The notes under the pieces were generated by a model, which saw only the letters and a list, made by a program, of their open reading frames with translations, did no database searches and had not been told where the DNA came from. Source: a virus. From it: a stretch of DNA of 64,000 nt. Shown here piece by piece: positions 6,240-16,639 of this stretch (position 1 is the stretch's first letter; each line of letters opens with the position of its first letter). Made by a program: the position numbers and the translations under genes. Location: the IMG/VR virus record IMGVR_UViG_3300032246_003079; one strand, 5' to 3'.

Positions 6240-9068
6240 ATGGTTCCACAAGAAGAAATTGAACGCTTTTTATTAGGCGAAGACGACGAAAAATATATCG
6301 TATCACTCGAATACGATTACAAAACATCTAAAATTTATAAAGTAATCCAAGACCCTGTTAAGGGTAAATTATTACGCCCCGACACATTTATTCCATTTGC
6401 TTGGGTTGGCGACTTGAAAGGTAAAAACTTTTACAAGAACGACAAACACGCACAAAAACGTGAGATGAGTGAAAATGGTATTATCATAGAAAAACTTGAT
6501 ACTCATGATGATGAACGTTTAGAGAACGGATTGAGGTATTTGGTTAAAACAACAAAGTCATACTCCAATCTTGTAAACTTCTTTAAAGGTGGAGGATTAG
6601 ACCCATGGGGTAGAGACAACACAGACTCAATTCAAATATTATCACCTGTAGAACAATACTTAATTCAAAAAAGTAAAAGACTTTTCAAAGGTTTTGACGA
6701 ATACGATGAAATTCACAGGTTTGTATTCGATATTGAGACCACAGGTCTTGACCCCAAAACAAGTAAGATATTCTTGATAGGAATGAAAGACAATCGTGGT
6801 TTTTTAAAATTATTATCATCACAAAATGAAGATGAAGAAAGACAAATGATTGTCGACTTCTTTAAGACTATTGATGAGTTAAAACCATCTTTGATTGGAG
6901 GCTACAACTCGGCATTCTTTGACTTTCCATTTATTTTAAAAAGAGCTGAGATATTAAAAGTTAATATCAAAAAAATCTGTAAGACCTTACATCCTGATTA
7001 TACTCTGAAACAAAAAGATGGTATTCTAAAATTAGCAAATGAAATGGAACCATACGTTCAAACTCAAATGTGGGGATATAATATTGTTGATATTGCACAT
7101 GCGGTTCGTAGAGCTCAAGCAATCAACTCAGACATTAAAAGTTGGTCTTTGAAGTATATTACCAAGTTTATTGAAGCAGAAAAACCAAATCGTGTTTATG
7201 TTGAAGGGGATAAGATTGGTAAAATTTATTTTGATAATCTTGAATATTGGATGAACAAAGAAAACGGAGCGTATAAGAAAGTTGGATTTGATTCAAAAAT
7301 AGATGAAATATGTAAAAGAAGAGATGATGTTTATAAATTAGTTACGGGTTCAAAAATTATTGAGGACTACTTGGACGATGACCTTTATGAAACGATGATA
7401 GTTGATGAGCAGTTTAATCAAGCAAACTTCTTGTTGTCTAAACTTGTACCAACAACATATGAAAGACTTTCAACTATGGGAACTGCGACATTATGGAAAA
7501 TGATTATGGCCGCATGGTCATATAAACATAACTTGGCATTACCAAGAAAATTAGAAAAAAGAAAATTTACAGGAGGTCTTTCTCGTTTAGTACAGGTTGG
7601 GTTCTCTAAAAACGTATTGAAACTTGACTATTCTTCACTATATCCATCTATTCAGTTGGTTCACGACGTATTTCCTAAATGTGACGTAACAGGTGCGATG
7701 AAAAGTATGTTAAAGTATTTTCGTGATACTCGTATTAAATACAAGAACTTAGCCAGTGAATATAAGTCTATTGACCCCAAACTTGCAATTTCTTATGACC
7801 GTAAACAATTACCAATTAAAATCTTTATCAATGCATTCTTTGGTTCATTATCGGCACCACAAGTATTTCCGTGGGGTGATATTGATATGGGTGAACAGAT
7901 TACTTGTACGGGTAGACAATATCTAAGACAGATGATTATGTTCTTTATGAAAAGAGGTTATGTTCCACTTGTAATGGACACGGATGGTGTAAACTTTGAA
8001 ACCCCACAAGATAGAGAAGAGTATAAGTATATTGGAAAGGGATTGAATGGATTGGTTAAAGAAGGTAAAGAATATGTTGGAGCAGAAGCGGATGTGGCGG
8101 AATACAATGATTTATTTTTACGAGGTGAAATGGGATTGGATATTGACGGTGTTTGGCCTTCGACAATTAATGTGGCTCGTAAAAACTACGCACTTCTTAC
8201 AGATAAGGGTAAAGTAAAACTAACAGGAAATAGTATTAAATCTAAAAAACTTCAAACATATGTTGCTGAATTTTTGGACAAAGGTCTTCGAATGTTGTTA
8301 GACGGTAAGGGTGGTGATTTTTTAGATTTTTACTATGAATATGTGGACAAACTTTATAATAGAGAAATTCCTTTGGCAAAAATTGCAAACAAAGCTCGTG
8401 TAAAACAATCAATAGACGATTACAAAGTTCACATTACAAAAACCACAAAGGCGGGAAATATGATGTCACGTCAAGCACATATGGAACTTTTAATTAAAGA
8501 AGGTAAAAATCCAGGTCTTGGTGATACTATCTATTATGTAAATAATGGTGAAAAAAAATCACATGGTGATGTTCAAAAGAAAAAAGATGAATTAGTTTTA
8601 AATTGTTATATGATTGACGAGCGTGATATTGAAATGAATCCTGATTTATTGGGTGAGTATAATGTTCCAAGATACTTGGCGGCATTTAACAAAAGAATTG
8701 AACCATTACTTGTTGTTTATAAACCTGAAATCAGAGAAGACATTTTAATTGAAGACCCAAAAGATAGACCTATCTTTACTAAGTCTCAAACTGAATTAGT
8801 ACGTGGTTATCCAATGAAAGAGGCTCACCAAGATACATTAGAGGAAGTATTAACTTTATCTGACATGGAATTAACATTTTGGAAAAACGTAGGTATTGAC
8901 CCTTACTATATGTATTTAGATGGTACTGTTGATTTAGTGGATGTTGATTGGGTTGAAAATAACAAAAAGTTAATGGAAGAGTTTGTCATACAACAAAAAA
9001 AGGTGGATATTGATGAATACTTTGAATTTGATGTGGATGGCGATTTAATGGCTCTTAGTTTCGACTAA
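6240..9068 (+). CDS. polB: Family B DNA polymerase with 3'-5' exonuclease
   Basis: ExoI FDIETTG, ExoII GYNSAFFDFPF, motif A DYSSLYPS, motif B KIFINAFFG, motif C MDTDG, RKNYA. Confidence 0.95.
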   Translation: MVPQEEIERFLLGEDDEKYIVSLEYDYKTSKIYKVIQDPVKGKLLRPDTFIPFAWVGDLKGKNFYKNDKHAQKREMSENGIIIEKLDTHDDERLENGLRYLVKTTKSYSNLVNFFKGGGLDPWGRDNTDSIQILSPVEQYLIQKSKRLFKGFDEYDEIHRFVFDIETTGLDPKTSKIFLIGMKDNRGFLKLLSSQNEDEERQMIVDFFKTIDELKPSLIGGYNSAFFDFPFILKRAEILKVNIKKICKTLHPDYTLKQKDGILKLANEMEPYVQTQMWGYNIVDIAHAVRRAQAINSDIKSWSLKYITKFIEAEKPNRVYVEGDKIGKIYFDNLEYWMNKENGAYKKVGFDSKIDEICKRRDDVYKLVTGSKIIEDYLDDDLYETMIVDEQFNQANFLLSKLVPTTYERLSTMGTATLWKMIMAAWSYKHNLALPRKLEKRKFTGGLSRLVQVGFSKNVLKLDYSSLYPSIQLVHDVFPKCDVTGAMKSMLKYFRDTRIKYKNLASEYKSIDPKLAISYDRKQLPIKIFINAFFGSLSAPQVFPWGDIDMGEQITCTGRQYLRQMIMFFMKRGYVPLVMDTDGVNFETPQDREEYKYIGKGLNGLVKEGKEYVGAEADVAEYNDLFLRGEMGLDIDGVWPSTINVARKNYALLTDKGKVKLTGNSIKSKKLQTYVAEFLDKGLRMLLDGKGGDFLDFYYEYVDKLYNREIPLAKIANKARVKQSIDDYKVHITKTTKAGNMMSRQAHMELLIKEGKNPGLGDTIYYVNNGEKKSHGDVQKKKDELVLNCYMIDERDIEMNPDLLGEYNVPRYLAAFNKRIEPLLVVYKPEIREDILIEDPKDRPIFTKSQTELVRGYPMKEAHQDTLEEVLTLSDMELTFWKNVGIDPYYMYLDGTVDLVDVDWVENNKKLMEEFVIQQKKVDIDEYFEFDVDGDLMALSFD

Positions 9069-9397
9069 GAGTCTTTTAATCCGTCTGAAGATAATATATA
9101 CCAGTAGTTTCCGACTTTTTTAAACTCAACACATGAACCTTTGGTTAATTCAACTTCTTCATATTGCTCATCAATTAGAGAGTCTCCCTTAACTAAAACA
9201 TTCGTCATAGATTTCACCACAACATGGTCAGTATTTGATGAATTTAACAAAATTTCACAATTTTCAACACCCGAAACAATGATGACGTATTCACCGTCAG
9301 TTTCATAATAAGAGTTTGAAACTATTGCAGAATCTGATGTTTCAACGCTATTACCATTAATTATTCTAATTGAAGGAATAGATTTAAATACTGACAT
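9065..9397 (-). CDS. Small beta-rich protein, possibly structural
   Basis: 110 aa; the K...LID...L...VEF...GNYWYI pattern resembles phage fibre repeat domains; lies downstream of the neck gene. Confidence 0.55.
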   Translation of the reverse strand: MSVFKSIPSIRIINGNSVETSDSAIVSNSYYETDGEYVIIVSGVENCEILLNSSNTDHVVVKSMTNVLVKGDSLIDEQYEEVELTKGSCVEFKKVGNYWYILSSDGLKDS

Positions 9398-9404
9398 AAA
9401 AAAA

Positions 9405-10526
9405 TTATATGATATTATAAGGACTTGTAAATGCTCTAAATTTCAAGGCTTTGTTCAAGTTTTCGGCTTGTAACGCTTTTTGCTCCATTTGTTTTTCAGG
9501 TCTTAATCTTTCAAGTCTTGCTTTCAATTCTTCCCACAACATTGCCTTTTCATCTTTGGCTTCACTGTTTAAACTTTGCCACTCTAAGGTTAATTCACTA
9601 TCAGGGGTCTTCAAACTACCACTATACTTACCTCTTACTTTTGCCAAAGTTTCTTTACAGTATGCGGTAAACCATCTTCTAACCCAAGTTTTTGCTGGCG
9701 AGTTTAATTCATCCCATCTCATTTCATCAATTGGAACATCAGAAGGAAGTCTAACAACGTCAGGATTTTTCGCTAAACAATCATCTCTATCAAAAGTATC
9801 ATAATACCAATACCATACTTTGTATTTTTGATAAGCGATATTTCCAAAATCAAATTTTCCTCCAGGAACATTCATTAAATGTAATGCTTTTTTTCCTTCA
9901 GGAAGTGCTGTTATTCTATAAGTTAAATCACCTGTTATAATTCTTCTTTTCATTTGAATGTCAGCCATTCTAAGTAAAATATCAAAGGCTGGTGTAATAA
10001 AATAATTTCCTGTTGTTCCCATTTGAGAAAATCCTGCTCCACCACCTAAACCAATACCACCAAATCCACCAAAACCTCCCATAAACGGGTCAAAATATGC
10101 GGCGTCTAATTCAGAACGAGAAAACCATAATATTTCATTAATTTCACGACCTGCAGGTATTTCGTATATTTGTTGATTTGCAACTAAATCGATATAATCT
10201 TTTTTCAATACATAATCACCACCAGCTTGTAATCCCACAATTTTTGAATAAGCGTAAGTATATTGTGTTTCCCAATCCATACTTCTTGTAGTAAAGGCTC
10301 TTGTTAGTGATTGCTCATCCAAATTTAAACCATTCAAAGAAGACCATTGGGCTTCAATTAACCAATCGTTAACATGTTGTGCGTAATCCTGAATAGATAA
10401 TTCTAATAATGAATCCATCATTTCGTCTTCTAATTCAACACTACGAATAGGGGCTCCTAAAAGATTTTTTATTCTTTTATATAATTTACTTCTTTCAGGT
10501 TCGGTGATAATTACAGTAGTTGCCAT
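9405..10526 (-). CDS. Neck / head-tail adaptor protein (T4 gp13-like)
   Basis: N-terminal LGAPIRSVELEDE and C-terminal AYCKETLAKVRGKY...L...AKDEK..L.EEL are typical of gp13-like neck proteins. Confidence 0.75.
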   Translation of the reverse strand: MATTVIITEPERSKLYKRIKNLLGAPIRSVELEDEMMDSLLELSIQDYAQHVNDWLIEAQWSSLNGLNLDEQSLTRAFTTRSMDWETQYTYAYSKIVGLQAGGDYVLKKDYIDLVANQQIYEIPAGREINEILWFSRSELDAAYFDPFMGGFGGFGGIGLGGGAGFSQMGTTGNYFITPAFDILLRMADIQMKRRIITGDLTYRITALPEGKKALHLMNVPGGKFDFGNIAYQKYKVWYWYYDTFDRDDCLAKNPDVVRLPSDVPIDEMRWDELNSPAKTWVRRWFTAYCKETLAKVRGKYSGSLKTPDSELTLEWQSLNSEAKDEKAMLWEELKARLERLRPEKQMEQKALQAENLNKALKFRAFTSPYNII

Positions 10527-10550
10527 AAGTTTTTATTATATAAATATAAT

Positions 10551-11636
10551 TTAGTTATTAAGTTTAGACTGAGTCGAATATAAATCATTAACAAATCCCC
10601 AATTAACTACTTTCCAAAAATTAGATACGTACTTGTCTCTTAGATTTTTGTATTTTAAATAATAGGCGTGTTCCCAAACATCAAGACCTAACAAGGGGTA
10701 ACCTCTTTCTTCTTGATTATCCATTATGGGATTGTCTTGATTTGCGGTGGTTACAATTTTCAATCTATTTTTATCTGTAAGAATCAACCAAACCCAACCT
10801 GAACCAAAACGAGATTTGGCGGCGTCTTCAAATTGTGTTTTAAATTTTTCAAATGAACCGAAAGTTTTTTCTATTTTACTTTTGATGGGGTCATCTAACT
10901 TTTGTTTTTTAGGTGACATCATTTTCCAAAATAGTGCGTGGTTAAATGCGCCACCACCATTATTTCTAACTATTGTATTAAAACTTGAAATGTCAGATAT
11001 AATTTGTTCTAAGTCTAAATCTTTACCACTTATTTTTTCTAATTCTTTATTTAATTTTTCAACATAACCTTTGTAGTGTTTATTGTAATGAGTTTTCATT
11101 GTTTCACTATCAATAAAAACTTCTAAAGAATCATATTCGTAAGGTAGTTTATCTACGCTTATTTTTTTTATCTCATTTATTAATGATTGTTTTTCTAAAG
11201 ATTCTATTTGTAACAAAGATTCTATTCTTTCAATTCTTTCTGTGAAAGGTTTATAAATAACTTTTTCTATTTTTTTATTACCTTTTTCAAATTTTTTTAT
11301 TTCTTCAGACGCTTGAGAACTGGCTTCATTTTCATTTTTACCTCCAATGTTTTTACCTTTTTTTCTATTGAGAACTGTTTTTTGATGTTCATGGGACCAC
11401 TCATGAGCCAATGTTCTCAGTATATCACGATTTAATCTATCTTTAACTAATATTTTTAACTCATGTTTGTCTGTCCTTATCCCTGTGGTCATTTTACCCG
11501 TTCTGTTATTTTGAAACAAGATTGTTATGTCATTTTCTAAAGGATAATTTTTTTTCAACTGAGAAATAAATTTGTTAATTAATTCTTTTTCCTCCTTTGT
11601 TGGTTCAACATCTACATATTTAATATCTACGGTCAT
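10551..11636 (-). CDS. Fusion: zincin-like HExxH domain + Mn-type superoxide dismutase
   Basis: N-half LAHEWSHEHQ...ENEA. C-half LPYEYDSLE, HYNKHY-x-x-Y, NNGGGAFNHALFW, FGSGWVWL, NQDNP and DVWEHAYY; all four metal ligands are present. Confidence 0.9.
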   Translation of the reverse strand: MTVDIKYVDVEPTKEEKELINKFISQLKKNYPLENDITILFQNNRTGKMTTGIRTDKHELKILVKDRLNRDILRTLAHEWSHEHQKTVLNRKKGKNIGGKNENEASSQASEEIKKFEKGNKKIEKVIYKPFTERIERIESLLQIESLEKQSLINEIKKISVDKLPYEYDSLEVFIDSETMKTHYNKHYKGYVEKLNKELEKISGKDLDLEQIISDISSFNTIVRNNGGGAFNHALFWKMMSPKKQKLDDPIKSKIEKTFGSFEKFKTQFEDAAKSRFGSGWVWLILTDKNRLKIVTTANQDNPIMDNQEERGYPLLGLDVWEHAYYLKYKNLRDKYVSNFWKVVNWGFVNDLYSTQSKLNN

Positions 11637-11648
11637 GATATATAAATA

Positions 11649-14543
11649 TCATCGATTACCAGAAATTAAATTTAACATTTCTTCTATTGTGGATGCATCA
11701 TCAAACATATCGTCACCCATTACTGTTGAAATAATTTTCTTTTTTCTATTTAAGATGTCGTAAATTGCACCTTCTATTGTATTTTCAAAAAGAGGGTAAT
11801 AAACTGATGTTGAATTTTTTTGACCAATTCTATGTGACCTATCTTCTGCTTGTGAATGTTCAGCTGGAACAAAAGATAAATCATTCATAATAACGGCCTC
11901 AGCAGATGTTAAAGTAATACCAACACCGGCAGCCTTCAAGTTTCCAACAAATACTTTGATTTTATCATTTGTTTGAAATTCATCAACCGCGTTTTGTCTG
12001 TGGAACTTAGAACAACTACCATCTAAATAAACCGCAGATTTACCAAAGTGATTATAGATTTGATTTAATGTGTCGGTAAAGTTTGTAAATATAATGACCT
12101 TTTTACCTTGTTCTATAATGTTCTCCGCTAACTCGATTGTGTTATTAATTTTTTCTTGTGCGATTACTTTTCTTACTTTCATTAGTTTACCAAACTGAAT
12201 TGTAAGTGACGATGACTCTTCAGGGTTTTGGTCATACCAATCAAAATATTCACCCATTAATTCTTCGTAGTCTTTTGATTTGAGTCTCAAATAAACAGGT
12301 GTGATAATTTTTTCAGGTAAATCCAAAACTTCTTCTTTTAACCTTCTTAGAATGTGTGTTGAGGTTCTTTCTCTTAATTCATCAAGATTAGATGCTCCTG
12401 TGACGTTCCACACCTTTCTTTTTCCAACACTAAATTGAAATCCATTACAATATCTTATGGCGTAAGCCATCCAATTTGCAGCAACAGGACTTCCAACGAT
12501 ATTTAATAAGTTATAATAATTCATTGGTCTTGATGTCATTGGTGTTCCCGACAATAACCAAACCCTATTTGATTTACTTGCAATATCGTTAGCGATTTTT
12601 GTTCTTAAAGCTTTTGGATTAGCAATTACATGAGCTTCATCCATGATTACTAAATCAAAATCAATTTTCATTATTTCTGATTTATCTTTTTCTTTGGCGT
12701 CATGGAAATTTTTTAGAATGTCGTAGTTCACAATAACAAAATCATGTTTATCTGAAAATTTCTTACCTTCTGCGATATAAACAGACCTATCTGAATAATT
12801 TGCAATCTCTCTTTGCCAATTTATTTTTAAAGATGCGGGACAAATTATTAATATTTTTTTTGCACCTGTTTCTAAAGAAGAGATAATTGTAGAAGTGGTG
12901 TTATGTGTTACAATACAATGTTCTGTAACATATAGTTTATCAGGAGCATCAACCGATATACAAACACTTTCTTCAAAACCAACTTTTTCAATATTTTTAA
13001 TATATCTTCCGGTGGGGTATTTTTTTGGTTCAATGTATTTGTTAGCCTTTCGTTTTAATCTGAACGGATTCATACCCTTTGGTAATTTAATATTAACTCT
13101 ATAAGCTAACTTACCTTTCTTTTTTTCACCCTTATAAGTATATGTTGGGATACAAGTTTTGACTCTTGCAACTCCTCCTAATGTTTGTACTACTTCAACA
13201 ACATCATTACAAAGTTGTTTTGATGTTGTACAATAATCAGTCCCAATAAAACTATTACCATTATACATACAATGCCCGTCAGTATCCATTAACCCTTGTA
13301 AAATTGATAATCTATTTTCAACTGATGAAAACTTGTATATGTCGGGAATAAATTTAGTGTCTGACCCACATCCCATCAAGTTTAAATTTTTTAAAATTTG
13401 TATAACTTCATTTGTGTAACCATCGATTTTAGTTATTCTATAACTGTATCTTGAATTTTTTTGTTTAACTATTTGTGAATTTTTTGGTAATGCGGTTTCA
13501 ATATAACCCACAATTTCATCGTCTTTTGTTGTAAAATTAATATTTTTTTGTGTTATACCACCATCACCTAATGTAAGTCCTAACAAATAAGGGTCAATCA
13601 TAAGATTATCATTTCGTTCAAATTGTATTGGTTTCACTATTGGGATTTGCCATTTATTATTTCCGTTTGGTGATTTATAATAAGTTTCAATTTCATATTC
13701 CTTATTTTTATTATGGTTAATGCCTTTAACTTTAATTTTACCTCCCTCATACATTTGTTTTGTTGATAAAACTAAAGATTTTTTTAATCTTTCGTTTTTT
13801 CTATTTTTACCGTAATTAGGGGATGAAACAGACCATAAATGTTCATCTCCTGATAAAATTGAAAACCCGTCATTAAATGTAATTTTATATGTTTCCTTAA
13901 ACCCTTGTGGAAATACACCTATTACATTATGGGATTTACCATCACTACCAATAACCTTATCACCAATTTTTATATCACCAATTTTTTTAGTACCTTTAGG
14001 TGTATAAACAGGCGTATTGACCGGTAAAAACTTACCCAAACCCATATCATCCGCCAAAATAAACTTTTTATTACCAACCAATTTTTCAATAGCTACCTTT
14101 TGATGTTCCATTGGTGGTCTAACGTCATACTTACTATAATCAATTGAAATATTTTTAACTTCATTATCTTTTAGTAATGCTGATTTTGGCATCCAAAAGT
14201 CGTGTAAAGTTTCACCTGAAAAGATTTTACCCCAAATATGATACGCTTTATCCTTTTCAACCAATAACTTTTCAACATATATTTCAGAAGGTTCTTTGGT
14301 GTACATCTTATCTTCCATTAGTTTTTTACCAAAATATGAATCAAGTTTGACCCATTTTTTTGCAACTTTTGGTTGTGTTGTGTTATAATTATTGATATAA
14401 TCCGCCTGTGGTCTTGTAGGAACAAAAGACTTACTATTCTCTTTTTTGTGTTTTAAATTTAGGATATAGTTATTTGACCCTTCGTAATTGTCTAATATTA
14501 AAAGGGCTTTTGATTCGGGTGTTTTAGGCACAAAATCTTCCAT
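11649..14543 (-). CDS. SNF2-family (HARP/SMARCAL1-like) helicase containing an intein
   Basis: LADDMGLGK|T Walker A split by an insertion; ICPASL, DEAH, LSGTP, GVGITLT, QAEDRSHRIGQ. Confidence 0.92.
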   Translation of the reverse strand: MEDFVPKTPESKALLILDNYEGSNNYILNLKHKKENSKSFVPTRPQADYINNYNTTQPKVAKKWVKLDSYFGKKLMEDKMYTKEPSEIYVEKLLVEKDKAYHIWGKIFSGETLHDFWMPKSALLKDNEVKNISIDYSKYDVRPPMEHQKVAIEKLVGNKKFILADDMGLGKFLPVNTPVYTPKGTKKIGDIKIGDKVIGSDGKSHNVIGVFPQGFKETYKITFNDGFSILSGDEHLWSVSSPNYGKNRKNERLKKSLVLSTKQMYEGGKIKVKGINHNKNKEYEIETYYKSPNGNNKWQIPIVKPIQFERNDNLMIDPYLLGLTLGDGGITQKNINFTTKDDEIVGYIETALPKNSQIVKQKNSRYSYRITKIDGYTNEVIQILKNLNLMGCGSDTKFIPDIYKFSSVENRLSILQGLMDTDGHCMYNGNSFIGTDYCTTSKQLCNDVVEVVQTLGGVARVKTCIPTYTYKGEKKKGKLAYRVNIKLPKGMNPFRLKRKANKYIEPKKYPTGRYIKNIEKVGFEESVCISVDAPDKLYVTEHCIVTHNTTSTIISSLETGAKKILIICPASLKINWQREIANYSDRSVYIAEGKKFSDKHDFVIVNYDILKNFHDAKEKDKSEIMKIDFDLVIMDEAHVIANPKALRTKIANDIASKSNRVWLLSGTPMTSRPMNYYNLLNIVGSPVAANWMAYAIRYCNGFQFSVGKRKVWNVTGASNLDELRERTSTHILRRLKEEVLDLPEKIITPVYLRLKSKDYEELMGEYFDWYDQNPEESSSLTIQFGKLMKVRKVIAQEKINNTIELAENIIEQGKKVIIFTNFTDTLNQIYNHFGKSAVYLDGSCSKFHRQNAVDEFQTNDKIKVFVGNLKAAGVGITLTSAEAVIMNDLSFVPAEHSQAEDRSHRIGQKNSTSVYYPLFENTIEGAIYDILNRKKKIISTVMGDDMFDDASTIEEMLNLISGNR
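12900..14030 (-). mobile_element. 377-aa class 3 intein with LAGLIDADG homing endonuclease
   Basis: Starts FLPVNTPVYTP and ends VTHN|T. Block B DEHLW, block F VCISV; LAGLIDADG motifs LLGLTLGDG and LQGLMDTDG. Confidence 0.9.
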
Positions 14544-14551
14544 AGTTTATT

Positions 14552-14595
14552 AAAATATAATAAAATTCAAGAAAAAATCAATCAAAGTATTTATA
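14552..14595. promoter_or_regulatory. Divergent promoter region: TTGATT-N16-TATATT (minus, SNF2) and TATTTATA (plus, neck gene)
   Basis: Motifs read directly in the 55-bp intergenic gap. Confidence 0.55.
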
Positions 14596-14598
14596 GGT

Positions 14599-15114
14599 AT
14601 GACACAACCTAAAGTTCCAATAACAAGATTAAATAAGTTTTTTGCAGAAGAAGACTTCAATTTAGATATAAAAATGGGAAGAGAATGGTTAGAGGGGGAT
14701 ATGAACTTCACTTTAGTTTTATATAAAGTTGATAGACAAAAAACAAACAACGACGATGTGTATGGTGAAGCCTTAAAAGGTGGGATACAATTTTTACCAC
14801 CAATAGAATTTAAAGGTTTGGTCAAAATAGAGGCTCCTGCAAACCAAGACTATGGCTCAACAAAATTAGAACAGTTAGAGCCAGGTAATTTAACTGTTAG
14901 TGTTTATCAAGATTATTTAGACGATTTAGAAATTGATATAGAATATGGTGATTATATTGGATACTATGAAACAGAAAGTAGAGTTAGATATTATAGTGTG
15001 GTAAATGATGGTAGGGTGTTTACTGACAATAAACATACCTATGGTGGTTATAAAAGATTTTATAGAACGATTGTTGCGACTCCTGTCACCAATAATGAAT
15101 TTGAAGGAATTTAA
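14599..15114 (+). CDS. Head-closure / neck protein (gp14-like)
   Basis: 171 aa; DDVYGEA and I-x-I-EYGDYIGY pattern; lies before the tail terminator and sheath. Confidence 0.55.
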   Translation: MTQPKVPITRLNKFFAEEDFNLDIKMGREWLEGDMNFTLVLYKVDRQKTNNDDVYGEALKGGIQFLPPIEFKGLVKIEAPANQDYGSTKLEQLEPGNLTVSVYQDYLDDLEIDIEYGDYIGYYETESRVRYYSVVNDGRVFTDNKHTYGGYKRFYRTIVATPVTNNEFEGI

Positions 15115-15121
15115 TTAAATT

Positions 15122-16354
15122 ATGGCTTTTCCAAAACAAGTAAAAAAACATTTACCTTTGATTCCACAAAAGTTTGGTGTGGAAAGAAGAGAAGAAATGC
15201 TCGAAGACATAACAAGACATGGGACGTTTTTACCAAAAGGGGTATTACATGCCGATTTGGACAGGGGGTTTTTAGATTTTGTTAAAGACAAATTGGAATT
15301 AGTTGTTGATGAAAAAAAAGTACCTTTGATTGATAGAATTATAACCAATCAAAATTGGATGCAATTTACACAAACGTGGAATTTTCAAGATTTAGATAAA
15401 AATATATCATTACCTTTTTTAGCAATTGTAAGAACTCCTGAAGTTAAACCAGGTAAATATGTTGGAGGTAAATTTAATGTCCCTGAAAAACTTAGAATTA
15501 ATTATTTTACAGTACCAACATGGGATGGTCAAAGAAAAGGTGCTGATGTCTATAAAGTTCCACAACCAGTGGCTGTTGATATTGTTTACAATTTAAAGTT
15601 GTTTTGTAATCGAATGAGAGAAAACAACGAGTTTAACAAAATTGTTATGCAAACATTTGCATCGGCTCAATCTTATACTCAAATAAATGGTCACTATATG
15701 CCAATAATGATGGAAGAAGTGTCCGATGAGTCCGTAAAAGAATTAGAAAAAAGAAAATACTACATCATAAATTATAAGTTGACACTACAAGGATTTTTAT
15801 TAGATGAAGAAGATTTTCAAGTTTCTCCAGCAATATCAAGATATATGACGATGTTTGAAGTAGATACAAAAATTAAAAGTAGACGAGTTGAAATTGAACC
15901 TCCACGACCCGACAACTTTGATTTTGATTTTACTTTTTTACCCGGAGTAACACAATTATCTGAAGTTTTTAGATATACTGCAGATTTAAAAGTTGTTGAA
16001 TTGCAAAATTTATCAAGTTGTTATAATTTTAATTATACCGCAACCACAAACAACACTTTAAATTTTGTAACATGTAATAGTGGACCATCAATTATATCAG
16101 GAATAACAAGTGGTAATACAGGTACTATTTGTGTTCAAGGAGGTACTTTCCCTGTATTTTCAAACCCAACAGGTGCGACAACAAATTCAACAACATCTTG
16201 TGGTAGCGCGTTTTCTGTTTATATAAATGGTCTTTACATAGGTGATGATTTGGATGTGATTCAAGTTAATGATGGAGACTCTCTATTAATAAAGGCATAT
16301 AAAAGTTTAATTACTCAAACATCGGTAATTAAAACTGTCGCCTATTTTGTTTAA
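15122..16354 (+). CDS. Tail terminator/completion protein (gp15-like) with C-terminal extension
   Basis: ISLPFLAIVR, PQPVAVDIVY, YKLTLQGFLLDE; directly upstream of the sheath gene. Confidence 0.55.
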   Translation: MAFPKQVKKHLPLIPQKFGVERREEMLEDITRHGTFLPKGVLHADLDRGFLDFVKDKLELVVDEKKVPLIDRIITNQNWMQFTQTWNFQDLDKNISLPFLAIVRTPEVKPGKYVGGKFNVPEKLRINYFTVPTWDGQRKGADVYKVPQPVAVDIVYNLKLFCNRMRENNEFNKIVMQTFASAQSYTQINGHYMPIMMEEVSDESVKELEKRKYYIINYKLTLQGFLLDEEDFQVSPAISRYMTMFEVDTKIKSRRVEIEPPRPDNFDFDFTFLPGVTQLSEVFRYTADLKVVELQNLSSCYNFNYTATTNNTLNFVTCNSGPSIISGITSGNTGTICVQGGTFPVFSNPTGATTNSTTSCGSAFSVYINGLYIGDDLDVIQVNDGDSLLIKAYKSLITQTSVIKTVAYFV

Positions 16355-16509
16355 TATTCACCGTATATATCTTTAGGTTTACTACAAGTTTTAATTATCA
16401 AATTTTCTAAAAACTTATACAGTTTCAAACCATTTTTTTCACAGTAAGTTTTTAATACTGAATGAGCGTCATCAGATATTTTAATGTTTTTAATTTTTTT
16501 ATTTTTCAT
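16351..16509 (-). CDS. Small ribbon-helix-helix-like DNA-binding protein (52 aa; likely start 16509)
   Basis: KIKNIKISDDAHSVLKTYCEKNGLKLYKFLENLI fits a beta-strand plus two-helix RHH pattern. Confidence 0.6.
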   Translation of the reverse strand: MKNKKIKNIKISDDAHSVLKTYCEKNGLKLYKFLENLIIKTCSKPKDIYGEY

Positions 16510-16529
16510 AATAATTTGAGGTGAGAAAA

Positions 16530-16551
16530 AAGGCAGAATTTTGTCTGCCTT
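16530..16551. promoter_or_regulatory. Inverted repeat, candidate operator
   Basis: AAGGCAGA-N6-TCTGCCTT between the divergent RHH and sheath genes; no U-tract in a terminator-compatible position. Confidence 0.45.
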
Positions 16552-16639
16552 ATCAGATAAATATATTATTGTCAATAGTTTTTTGCAAAAATTCAATGTA
16601 TTTATATAGAAAACATAAAAAGCTAAAACATAATTTAAA

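Noticed and set aside
16510-16596. ORF-track N-terminal extension of the RHH gene
   Set aside because: It runs through the operator and promoter motifs; the ATG at 16509 fits the RHH domain start.
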